Source of the DNA: Squatina squatina
Lineage: Eukaryota
Length of the DNA: 33,754 bases
NCBI GenBank assembly: GCA_031763465.1
Contig: JARFOE010000192.1
Location: 14,910,864-14,944,617, forward strand
Reading direction: 5' to 3'
Shown here in pieces: positions 11,728 to 22,358 of the stretch; position 1 is the stretch's first letter; each line of letters begins with the position of its first letter. The position numbers and the translations under genes were made by a program. A model generated the notes under the pieces. The model saw only the letters and a list, made by a program, of their open reading frames with translations, did no database searches and had not been told where the DNA came from.

Positions 11728-13099
11728 GATCCCCGTCACATAACGTTACACACACATCAATTTCACTCTCATCTGCTTGTTAGCTATTATCCAGCACAAC
11801 TCTAATTTAAATGAGTGGAGATGATACATTTGTTCACAAAAGTAAACAGTTAATCCTAGACACACTTCTGCAAATTGTCATGGGTGAGTTAATTTTCCCA
11901 AAGTAAGGACCACTGGCAGATAGACAAGTTTGATTCTCCCACCTTGTGTGAGGAATTCCAGGGGCATCATTTTTTTTTTCCAGATTAATCCCAGAGTCAG
12001 ATATTCTTTTTTTAAAAAAAAACCTCTCTATAAAGGGTAGGAGTTGGGTTCACACTTTCCAAATCCAATAAAATCTTCAGTCACCCTGATTAACCCATAG
12101 GAGCTCAAAGTAAATTACATCATAACCATTGCTAAAAATCTTAACCACTATATGCTGATAAGAGAACTAGATTGAGTGCAACATCTTTACCTTTATGACT
12201 ACCAACAGTGAAGCCTAATCAGAAGTGTCATTAGGGACAAAAGCAGAAGTCTTGGCTGTATGCTTTCAACACATTTTGATGAGTAGGTGATTCGGGGTCA
12301 AAAATACCAAATATATTTTTTGAATTAAGAAAGATCACATTTGTACTTAAAAAGAATCACACAGCTATGGGTGAACCAAAGTTGACCATCCAAGAACAAG
12401 TCTTCCCCACCTGCAGTAGCAGTACAACAAACTGCTGTAGCTGAAAGAATCAAAATGCCTTACCACAATTTTAGCCAAATTAAATCAGACATATCTTGAG
12501 ATGGTCTGCAAGTTTACGGAAAGATTATAAATCACGGGAATGCATCCTGAAACTCAATTCCTTGAATTTTCTATACTTGAAAAGCAACATTATTCCAGTA
12601 ATCTAGTTTCTGTAAATATTCTTGCAAAACAACAAGAACCAGCGTATCTCAAAACATTGGTGCAGTTATGTTGCAAGGCTCCAAATAACCCCCTTTGTCA
12701 CAGTGTCCTACTTCCTTCTGATTGGGAAACTGATCTTAAAGGCATTCTTGCCTTGCAATATCATCAGGGCATTTCCTGCTCAACATGAAAATTCTGATGT
12801 CACTGGGAATTTTCCTATAAACAAATATGCATTTGCCAAGTTTTTAAGCTTCAGAATACTGATGTTAGTTTTAATTTCATGGAGTTTCTCCACCCTACAA
12901 AGCTGCAGATTTTTATTGAAATACATTTTTCAACAACATTTCTTTCAGCAGAAGTCAACTTATCCCTTCATGAAGGATAATTCCACCACGCAGTACCCAT
13001 TTAACAAAATGATTCTTGAGAGAGGATGGCTTAATTTTGAAGATATTTGTTGCATTAAAATAAAAACAATCCCATTTCAGTTACAGTTCAATTGATCAG

Positions 13100-13195
13100 T
13101 CATAGAAACATAGAAAATAGGAGTAGGCCATTCGGCCATTCGAGCCTGCTCTGCCATTCAATATGATCATGGCTGATCATCCAAATTCAGTACCC
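13100..13195 (-). mobile_element. CR1 LINE 3' tail fragment
   Basis: CATAGAAACATAGAAAATAGGAGTAGGCCATTCGGCCATTCGAGCCTGCT...ATGATCATGGCTGATC, the same tail as the copies at 16310 and 30486. Confidence 0.8.
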
Positions 13196-13469
13196 TCAGT
13201 ACTCTCCTGGTTAAACTCCAAATTATTTCCCCATAAATAAAATCTGATATTGGATAATCATTTACATTTTTAAAACTAATCTCAATGATTTTGGAGATAT
13301 TTAAGTCATACAGAGATCATTTATGATGACTTGTCCTTTCAAAGGTTGTTATCTGATTCACAATTAATTGCATAGAAAGCATGGATAATTTGCACTTTGC
13401 TCTTAAGGGGAAACTACTGTTGTGTAGATAACTCGTGACTGTTCCTTCTGCCTGCACATACACAAAAAT

Positions 13470-13822
13470 AATAAAAGACTTGCATCTATATAGCGCCTTT
13501 TACGACCACCAGAAGTCTCAAAGCACTTTACAGCTTTTGGAGTGTAGTCATTGTTGTAATGTGGGAAGCGCGGAGCCAAAATTGCATACAGCAAGCTCCC
13601 ACAAACAGCAATTTGATAATGACCAGATAGACTGTTTTTGTTATGTTGATTGAGGGGTAAATATTGGCCAGGATACCGGAGATAACTCCCCTGCTCTTCT
13701 TCAAAATAGTGCCATGAGAGATTTAACGTCTGATCTGAAAGACGGCACCTCCAACAGTGCAGCACTTCCTCAGTACTGCACTGGAGTGTCAGCCTAGATT
13801 TTTGTGCTCAAGTCCCTGGAGT
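13470..13822 (-). mobile_element. Deu-domain SINE (SacSINE1-like) with L2-type 3' tail
   Basis: Tail ACTTGCATCTATATAGCGCC and central GGCACCTCCAACAGTGCAGCACTTCCTCAGTACTGCACTGGAGTGTCAGCCTAGATT. Homologous to 1-447 and 19329-19583. Confidence 0.85.
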
Positions 13823-13922
13823 NNNNNNNNNNNNNNNNNNNNNNNNNNNNNNNNNNNNNNNNNNNNNNNNNNNNNNNNNNNNNNNNNNNNNNNNNNNNNN
13901 NNNNNNNNNNNNNNNNNNNNNN

Positions 13923-13953
<31 letters not shown>

Positions 13954-14011
13954 GACCCTAACCCTCAGTCTCTCACTCTCTCTCTCTCTCTCTGTAGTGA
14001 CTCTAACCCTC
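13923..14011. repeat. (CT)n microsatellite with interspersed CTAACCC motifs
   Basis: Direct observation of CT runs at a contig start. Confidence 0.9.
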
Positions 14012-14663
14012 AAACAAGAATATTTTGTGGAGTTGATCAGCGAAGGGTGTGTTCGGTGCTCTCTCTGAATATGATGACTTTAGTCCAGCTGCTGGTGTGT
14101 GGTCACTGCTTGCTATAATGCCAAGACATTTCCTGTAGTTCTGCCATCCTCTTTTTCTCATTCTCTTGTGCTTAACCTGCACATGTGATTGAAGGAGTGG
14201 AAGGAACTACTTGGGACTGTCACTCCAAGGCTGAGAGAGTAAAATGCTGAACCATGAACCACTCTGTAATTGGGATTTTTAAAAATCTGAATCGTTGCAT
14301 TGCTGAAGAGTGGCTCTGTGTTGATCTCATGCTTCTGAGACACGGCTGATACTGGGAGCACTGTATGTAGTATAGCAGTAGGCATCACATGCACACAATT
14401 GTCGCACCACAAATACAGTGTCCAGCCCCCCAGCGCCGTGCTCGGTGGCAGCCCGGCCCCCCCAGCGGCGTACAGTGGGGCCCCCGGCCCCCCAGAACTG
14501 CAGATAGTTTTTTTTTCCAGTAACAGATCTATAAACAGTCCAGGTACAACTTATGTTTATTGTTTTTCCAACTGGAGATATGGGTGTTAACTGATTCTGT
14601 TTCTCCTTTGGTTTCAGTTTGATGTACCGTCCCTCAGTTTTAAAGCATCAGAACTGAGTGAGG

Positions 14664-14785
14664 ATGTCACGGCGTAGCACGCGTCTTGCAACAAGCGGTT
14701 ATTATCAAGATGATGATGATGCCTCAAGCAGCAGTGGGGCATCTGTTACCGGGAGCGTGGTGTCCTACAAGGAGAGTCCTGTCAG
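14664..14785 (+). CDS. SUN2: SUN2-like first coding exon (LINC-complex inner nuclear membrane protein); exon probably starts at 14618
   Basis: Acceptor ttctcctttggtttcAG at 14616-14617, ATG at 14664, donor AG|GTGGGT. Translates to MSRRSTRLATSGYYQDDDDASSSSGASVTGSVVSYKESPVR, closely resembling the vertebrate SUN2 N-terminus (MSRRS.RL..Y...DDD.SSSS....K.SP.R). Confidence 0.8.
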
Positions 14786-14917
14786 GTGGGTCCCACTGTT
14801 TCGTAAAGCCACGCACTCTGCTAACGGAAAGCGAGTACTTCCAGCAACTGTGTCTGCTGCCCACTCATTCTTGGCCAACCCCTCACTGACATTTATTGCA
14901 GAATATCCCACAGATTA

Positions 14918-15075
14918 ACATACACACAAAAACAGAGAGAGAGATGAAAACAGACACACAAACAGAGAAAAACAGAGGCAGAGGTGGAAATATACATGTA
15001 TATATTACAAGAACACAAAGGGAGGCACAGAGCAGACAGAGACACGCACAGAAAAACAGAGGCACAGAAAAATAA
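14918..15075. repeat. Degenerate ACAGAG/ACAC low-complexity repeat
   Basis: Repeated AAAAACAGAG / ACAGAGA / CACAGA units. Confidence 0.6.
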
Positions 15076-16309
15076 ACATCAATGTTTCTAATTAGCATGC
15101 AAATCACTCACATCGAACAATATGATGTAGACACAGCTGTAACAAAAAACTCGACACATTTTTGGTCTCCAAACATATTTGATCGGACAGTTCAAAATTA
15201 GATAAAAAATTATTCATTGCTGTGAGCCAATCATCACCTTCTGTAAATTTCAGTCCCATTTTGCATTAATATTATGAAGACCAAACATGCAAATTTTCTT
15301 CACTAACAGTAAACTGACTCACAAAAAATATGCAAACAGATCAGCTCCAAGATAAATTCCATACAACCATAACAAAGCATGCCTTATTTCTGCTGCAACA
15401 TGTTCTAATCAATCTTTCTATTGGCCACATTACCAGCCAGCTGACAGGTCATCCCCCAGCCTCTCTGCCACATCACACCTGAATTACCCTGCCATATCAG
15501 ATTATATTCATTCTGTGATTGTCAAACATAATCTCTGAGGTTTAGGGATCCTAGGAATCCACCCCCGACACTTTTCCATGGCAACAGCAGCTACAGTAAG
15601 GCAGTCTACCTCTGACGCAAATAGGCAGAATACAACCCATCTGCAGCAGTCTACAAATGTCAGTAGCCAAACAGATCTCTCTTTCTCCCTCACTGTCCAA
15701 AGACATTTTAAAGCTGCAGAATCCCACCCAAATGACTTTTTCTACCTAATTTCAAATCAATCATTTATGGAATTACCTTACACAGGGCAGCCCTTCCAAG
15801 ATGCTCATTTTTTAAAAAATAGAAAAATTTAAATAGGCGTGCAGTCAACTACATTAGAAAATTGTGAGATAATGGAGTGGGATATATTTTTTAATTATTG
15901 TAATTCCGACTATCTGCCTATTAAGGTCAAGCCAAAGGAAAATCACACCTTCTGCATGCAAGAGTGCGCATTTACTCACGCCTGTCTGCGTTGTTAGGGG
16001 AATGATTTATTTTGAAGTAGATAAAACTACAGGAGTTCCCTGAACTGCAAACAAAAAGCATGTTTATATAGATATGTGCTGCTGGTGGCAGGAGGGCAAT
16101 ATCCCATAGTTGACAGCATACTGTAGTACAGGGTGTTTTTATCCAATGCCAGCAGCCAGGAAGATATGTGTTTTTAACAAGACCATTGCAAATTATCTGC
16201 TATTTTTGTACATTGTTTCCTTCTGTGAGGATTACATTATTTTGGACACAAAATGACACCCGTAGTACCAAAAAAAGGTGCTATGGAGCCGAGTTTCTAG
16301 CCCATGATC

Positions 16310-16698
16310 TAAGAACATAAGAAACAGGAGTAGGCCATTCTGCCCCTCGAGTCTGCTCCACCATTCAACAAGATCATGGCTGATCTTCTGCCTCAACACC
16401 ATTTTCCTGCACTATCCCTATATCCCCTAATGCCTTTAATATCTAGAAATCTATCAATCTCTGTCTTCAATATACTCAATGACTGAGCCTCCACAGCCCC
16501 CTGGTGTAGAGAATTCCAAAGATTCACCCTTTGAGAGAAGATATTTCTCCTCATCTCTGTCCCAAATGGCCTACCCCTTATCCTGAGACTGTCCCTTAGT
16601 TCTAGACCACCCAGCCAGGGGAAAAATCCTCCCTGCATCTACCCTGTCAATCCCTGTAAGAATTTTGTATGTTTCAATGAGATCACCTCTCATTCTTC
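16310..16698 (-). mobile_element. CR1 LINE 3' end (ORF2 C-terminus and tail)
   Basis: Minus-strand RMRGDLIETYKILTGIDRVD and EMRRNIFSQRVNLWNSL...LKTEIDRFLDIKGIRGY are typical of the CR1 ORF2 C-terminus; TAAGAACA tail repeats follow. Confidence 0.92.
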
Positions 16699-16798
16699 NN
16701 NNNNNNNNNNNNNNNNNNNNNNNNNNNNNNNNNNNNNNNNNNNNNNNNNNNNNNNNNNNNNNNNNNNNNNNNNNNNNNNNNNNNNNNNNNNNNNNNNN

Positions 16799-17395
16799 TT
16801 TTGGTAAAGGGATTTGCACACACGCACTTAACTGCTGGCAGCATGCAGAGCAGGCAGGTTATGACATCAGTGTGCAACGCTGATTTCATGCATGCACTGC
16901 CATTTTTGAATGTCACACTCTAGCCGATGTCCTGTCTTAGCCTTGCACAGTTGAACAGGGTGTTAAACGGCATGGAGGACCCCTACCAGCAACTACTTAA
17001 AGGGATCTTGAACTACTTACTAGTTAGGTGCTGGATTATTCCTTTTGCCTGCTCGTGAACTTGTATGTGTGTTTGACGCTTTCCTATAGCTGCCTGAAGT
17101 TTCAATAGGTTACAGGGAGTGGTCTGGCTGGTGCTGAAATACTTTTTTATTCAGTTAATAGCTTGTGCTGAAACTAGTTACTTCCAGATTTAGGTGCCTT
17201 GGTAGGCCTTTTTCTTGGATTTGAGCACAACTGGGAGAATGAAGAGAGGCCACGTAGAACAGGACAAACAGCTAGAAGAGGGAGGAGGAGGAAGGGGAGA
17301 AGGACTCTCAGCAGGAGGCCATATCCGCCGAGGATCTTTAGGAAGCAATTTTCTTACCTCAATTTCAGCAACAACCAATGCTTGAGATGTCAGTG
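16799..17395 (+). mobile_element. 5' part of a Harbinger element including the transposase N-terminus (about 17190-17395)
   Basis: ARRGRRRKGRRTLSRRPYPPRIFRKQFSYLNFSNNQCLR resembles the N-terminal RRPYPPR..R...SYL..S..QC.RRLR segment of vertebrate Harbinger/HARBI1-like transposases (from recall). Bounded by gaps; including the upstream non-coding part is inference. Confidence 0.65.
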
Positions 17396-17495
17396 NNNNN
17401 NNNNNNNNNNNNNNNNNNNNNNNNNNNNNNNNNNNNNNNNNNNNNNNNNNNNNNNNNNNNNNNNNNNNNNNNNNNNNNNNNNNNNNNNNNNNNNN

Positions 17496-17677
17496 CTCAA
17501 TCTCGACAGAGTCCTGACTGCGCATGCGCAGTCCCGGCATTGAAGTTACTGCGCATGCGCAGTCCTAGCAGGCGACCTGACTGTGCATGCACAGTCCCAA
17601 TGGAGCCTGACTGCGCATGCGCAGACTTGAAGATAAGTTTTGTCCCGGTTTTTAATTTTAAATATCTGGTTACTCTA
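17496..17677. mobile_element. hAT (Tip100-like) non-autonomous element end containing four CTGCGCATGCGCAG-type palindromes
   Basis: The right end reverse-complements to TAGAGTAACCAGAT...AAAAACCGGGACA, the terminal pattern of hAT-Tip100-type MITEs (from recall). It directly abuts a CR1 fragment. Palindromes at 17516-17533, 17548-17563, 17579-17596 and 17611-17624. Confidence 0.55.
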
Positions 17678-17912
17678 TTCTACACACAAAGGGTGGTAGA
17701 AGTTTGGAACTTTTGTCCGCAAACAGCAATTGATGCTAGATCAATTATTAATGTTAAATCGGAGATTGATAACTTTTTGTTAACCAATGGTATTAAGGGA
17801 TAAGGGGCCAAAGGCGGGTATATGGAGTTAGAGTGCAGATTAGCCATGACCTCATTGAATGGCGGAACAGGCTCAAGGTGCTGAATGGCCTACTCCATTT
17901 CCTCTGTTCCTA
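17678..17912 (+). mobile_element. CR1 LINE 3' end
   Basis: FYTQRVVEVWNFCPQTAIDARSIINVKSEIDNFLLTNGIKG followed by the tail GAATGGCGGAACAGGCTCAAGGTGCTGAATGGCCTACTCC...GTTCCTAT. Confidence 0.88.
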
Positions 17913-18750
17913 TATGGGTAAATTTTATTAGTTAGTGCTCTTTTCATGAAACCTCGGTTAACGGAAGAACATATTGTATAATTGAACATGAGGTCAGGTC
18001 AACTGATTCACAGCCCTCCTTAATTTCCAATTATTGACTTTATTGACTGGGAATATTGGGCACACTGACCTCTGCTCCCAATGCTCTGGTCTGCCTAACT
18101 GTTGAACAAGTCCTGACATATAATTTACCCCATAGACAGATAGGCAGACAGATAGGCCTCGCTTTTCAATGTTGTTTTGACACACATAAAATTGCACTCC
18201 GAACAGTGAGTCATCGGGCCCNNNNNNNNNNCATGAAGGATTTATTAAATGGACAAAATAGTTTTCTACAATGAAAACATTGTGCAGTTTTATTTTGCGC
18301 TGAAGTTAAGTAATTGTTATTCAACTTCCACAGCTCAGGCTACAATGTTAGTAAAAGCTTTACTTTGTATTTGGAAACATTTCAACAAGTGGCACTGCAT
18401 GAATATTAGCAAACAATGAGTCCTTTGTATCTTATGCCCACTGATTTACATTGCACAAGTATTGAACTTAAATGATCTTGACTGGTCTATTTATGATTGT
18501 GAATCATGTTCATTCATTGAGGGCTGTCAGTTAACTACCCTGCTAAGGTTTAATCACTATTCAGAGAAACAGGAAAAGCAGAGACTTTAGAGAGGAGATA
18601 ATGATCTCTCATTGAGATTAATAGCAAATATTTTTTATTTTTTAAATGTCATTCTTGGCTCACCCCGTTCATGAAGGCAAATGGTAGCATCCAGTGAGAT
18701 TATCAGATTAGTGTTATGCTCATGCTACGACTTCAGCAATAGGGACAAAC

Positions 18751-18906
18751 ATGGCTTCGACAACAATGTCTGGAGTGTATCACATCACCACTTTTGTGTG
18801 GTATCTTCTTCTTGTTTATTTGCTTCTTACCACTCAGTCCGACCACCCGCCTGCAGGAGTGTTCTTGTACGCTGGTCAGTGGAAGTACCTCACGTTCCTA
18901 AATTTA
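18751..18906 (+). CDS. ADTRP: ADTRP (AIG1/ADTRP family FAHFA hydrolase) first coding exon
   Basis: MASTTMSGVYHITTFVWYLLLVYLLLTTQSDHPPAGVFLYAGQWKYLTFLNL|GTAAGT. The YH....WY and G.WKYLTFLNL motifs include the family catalytic Thr (Thr48 here). Adjacency to HIVEP1 favours ADTRP over AIG1. Confidence 0.88.
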
Positions 18907-19328
18907 GTAAGTGCTTCTTTAGTTTTATATGTTTGCGTTAAGTGTCTATGAAATTAGTAAGAGAAAAATGTGGGAAGTTGCCCAATTCCAAGTGAGGTGA
19001 ATGAAAAACTATACAGGCTACTTTTTACAAATGTATTCCCCGGTGTGAATCTTTACCTGACAGGAGCTCATGTTGAAAATTTAGCCACAAGCTCCCATGA
19101 CTTTCCATTGGTTTTATGGACTAACTAATGTCAAGAATTTATATTAACTGCACTTTAAGCCATTCATTTCAACAGATCTTTTGCAGAGGATGCAAGTACT
19201 TTATATTAGAAACAATTTGCACATTATGAAATACGAAACTGATTATTCCAAAATTCCAAAAGATAGAAACAGTCTCTTGGAAATCACCCAACCTTAGGAT
19301 AGTTTCTAATGGTTAGGTATTTGACAGT

Positions 19329-19583
19329 TGGGTCAGTGGTAGCTCTTTTGCCTCTAAATCAGAAGGTTTATGGATTTGAGCACCAGACTTCAACACATAA
19401 TCTAGACTGACGCCTCAGTGCAGTACTGAAGGAGTGTTCCATGTTGGAGGTGCTGTCTTTCAGATGAGACATTAAATGGAGGTCCTGTTTCTCAGTTCAG
19501 TGGGACATAAAGGATCCCGTACCTCTCTTTGAAGACAAACAGGGAGCTCGCCTGGCCAACATACATCTCTCAACCAACACCAC
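19329..19583 (+). mobile_element. Deu-domain SINE (SacSINE1-like), diverged
   Basis: tRNA-like head GGTCAGTGGTAGC...TCAGAAGG and core ATCTAGACTGAC..CTCAGTGCAGTACTGAAGGAGTG...TGTTGGAGGTGCTGTCTTTCAGATGAGACATTAA, the reverse complement of the 13470 copy. Confidence 0.8.
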
Positions 19584-20110
19584 TTGGTTTTTCCTTTAAT
19601 CATGTGAAAGCTTTTCAGTTGGCCTCTCTACACTCCACAGACCAGGTAACCCTCTGAATTCTTTATCTACTTAATTTAGAAATTTCTCAGACGGCAAAAC
19701 AGATGTTTAATGACCCCTGACATTAAATGAACGCTGTGAGCTCTGAGTTGAATCACTGAGGGGGGAATCATCTAGGTTTCAGGTGGAAAGGAGGTGGGCA
19801 GATTGTAGGCCAATTCTCAAGAAAACAATGGGCGCCANNNNNNNNNNNNNNNNNNNNNNNNNNNNNNNNNNNNNNNNNNNNNNNNNNNNNNNNNNNNNNN
19901 NNNNNNNNNNNNNNNNNNNNNNNNNNNNNNNNNNNNNGCTTTCACTTGTTTTTCTACTTGTAATTTGCATTCCTAAAAGACCAGTTGAATATTAAGTGAC
20001 AATATTTAAATAAACCACTTACAATTTAAAATATGGTTCATTTGAAATTATATTAGAAAGTTTTATGACTCCTATCCTGATTTCTTAATTTGTAATGTGA
20101 CCTTTTTCAG

Positions 20111-20212
20111 TTCGTTGTCACATCCTTTTGGATTTTGTTCACGTATGACAGAGCATTGGTGTACCCTGAAGACCTTGATGAATTCATTCCTTTATGGCTA
20201 AACCATGCTGTG
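20111..20212 (+). CDS. ADTRP: ADTRP internal exon (third coding exon by homology)
   Basis: cctttttcAG|TTC GTT ... GCT GTG|GTAAGT, 102 nt, phase 0/0. Translates to FVVTSFWILFTYDRALVYPEDLDEFIPLWLNHAV, matching the family motif FW....YDR.L.YP..LD..IP.WLNHA. Not in the ORF track. Confidence 0.92.
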
Positions 20213-20595
20213 GTAAGTCTGAGCAGTTAACCATGGGGAAATTTACCTGCAATAAGAAAGTAACTGACTGCCTTAGTTGAGGATCACAATTGTTTAAGTG
20301 TGACAGTCATGAAATATTAAACAATTGTTTCTATGATTTTCTTTTACTGAAAATAAGTAATGAGTTTTATTAATCAATGTTTTTAAATTTTATGTTGGAA
20401 TGGTAATTTCAGTAACAATATTAAAAATATCACTAACATTGTGTATACTTGCACTGTAATTGGGTAAACTGTCTGATCTGGTTTAGTTTTAGACANNNNN
20501 NNNNNNNNNNNNNNNNNNNNNNNNNNNNNNNNNNNNNNNNNNNNNNNNNNNNNNNNNNNNNNNNNNNNNNNNNNNNNNNNNNNNNNNNNNNNNNN

Positions 20596-22358
20596 TGCCC
20601 ATTTTACCAGTCTATGTCCTCCTGAAGTCTGTTACTTACCTCCTCATTGTTTACTACATTTCTGAGTTTCGTATCATCTGCAGACTTCAAAATTATGCTC
20701 AGTATACCTAAATGCCCATTAATATATATCAAAAAGAGCAGTGATCCTAACACTGACCCCTGGGGGACACCACTGTGCACTTCCTGCCAGTCTGAAAAAA
20801 AAGCATTCACCTTCTCTCTGTTTTCTGTCCTTTAGCCAATGTTGTATCCCTGCTGCTACTGTCCCTTTAATCCCATGGGCTTTAAATTTGCTGACAAGTC
20901 TACGATGTGGTACTTGTCCAATGGCTTTTGAAAAACCATATACACACCATCAACCGCACTACCCTCATCAACCCACTCCATCGCTTCATCAAAGAACTCG
21001 ATCAGGTTAGTCAAACGCAATTTGCCTTCAACAAATCCAAGCTGACTTTCACTTATTAGACCACACTTTTTGCAAATTATTATTGTCTCTAAAAGCTTCT
21101 CCACCAACAACGTGAGGCTGACTGGCTTATAATTGACGGGTTTATCGTGCTCCCCTTTTTAAACAGGGTGTAACGTTTTCAATCCTTCATTCCTCTGACC
21201 CCACCCCCATATACAAGGAGGATTAGAAGATTGTGGCCAGAGCCGCCTCAATTTCCACCCTTACTTCCCTCAGTAACCTTGGATGCATCCCATCTGGACC
21301 TACTTTGAGGACTGTCAAACTTTTAAGTATCTTCACTTTATCTATTTTTATCCTGTCCAATATCGCTACTGCCTCCTCCTTCAGTGCTACATTGGCAGAA
21401 TCCTCTTCTCTGGTGAAGACAGATGCAACGTACTCATTTAGTAGCTCATCCATGCCCACTGCCTCCACAAGAAGATTTCCTTTTAGGTGGCCAATCGGCC
21501 CCACCCTGCCTTTGTCTCTCCTCTTACTATTTAGATGTTTATAAAAAAACTTTTGGGTTCCCTTTTATGTTAGCCACTATTCTAGTCTCATACACTCTCT
21601 TTGTCCCTCTTAATCCCTTTTGTAGATTTCCTCTACTTTTTGTATTCTGCTGGGTTCTCTCCTATATTATGAATCTTACATTTGTCATGAGCTTCCTTTT
21701 TTCTGTTTCATTTTAATCTCTGTATCTTCAATCATAAAGAGAGCTCTAGCTTTGGATGCCCTTTCTTTCTCCCTTGTGGGAATGTGCCTATTCTGAACCA
21801 GCACCTCTTTGCCTACCATTTTTTGCTTCCATTCCCCTGGGCCCGATCCCCTGAAATTAGCTGTTCTCAAGTTAAGTATTTTTAAAACTGATTGTTCCTT
21901 GTCCATAACTATTCTAAACCCGATGATCTGATCACTCTTCCCCAAATGCTCCCTTACTGAGACATGCTCAACTTGCCCCACTTCATTCCCCAGAACTAGA
22001 TCCAACACTGCTTCCATCCTTGTTGGGCTGGAAACACACTGATCAAGAAGGTTTTCTTGTACACATTTCAGGAATTCCTCCCCCTCTTTACCCTCTACAC
22101 TGTCACTGCCTCAGTCTATATTAGGATAATTGAAGTCTACCCATATCACTACTTTATAGTTCTTGCATCTATCTGTAATTTGTCTGCAAATTTGCTTCTC
22201 CTTACCACTATTTGGTAGCCTATAGTATACACCCAGTAATATAATAACTCCACTATTGTTCCTTAATTCAACCAAATAGATTCTGTCTTTGACTCCTCAT
22301 CTACATCATCCCTTTTCACTGTAATAGTTTCTTTGATCAATACTGCCAACAGCACCCT
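20596..22358 (-). mobile_element. Degenerate CR1 LINE ORF2 (endonuclease to reverse transcriptase)
   Basis: Broken minus-strand frames: KTESIW, EAVLDLVLGNEVGQV...EHLGKSD, LNEYVASVFTREE, GPDGMHPRLLREV, ESQLGFVEGKLRLTNLIEFFDE, SGVPQGSVLGSLLFLIYIN, KSADDTKL, RLQEDID. Confidence 0.95.

Noticed and set aside
13951-14011. Interstitial telomeric sequence (CTAACCC)
   Set aside because: Only two or three isolated units within a CT microsatellite.
17516-17624. CRISPR-like repeat-spacer pattern
   Set aside because: Vertebrate context, repeats of only 14-18 bp with spacers of about 14-15 bp, no cas genes; better explained as repeats within a transposon end.
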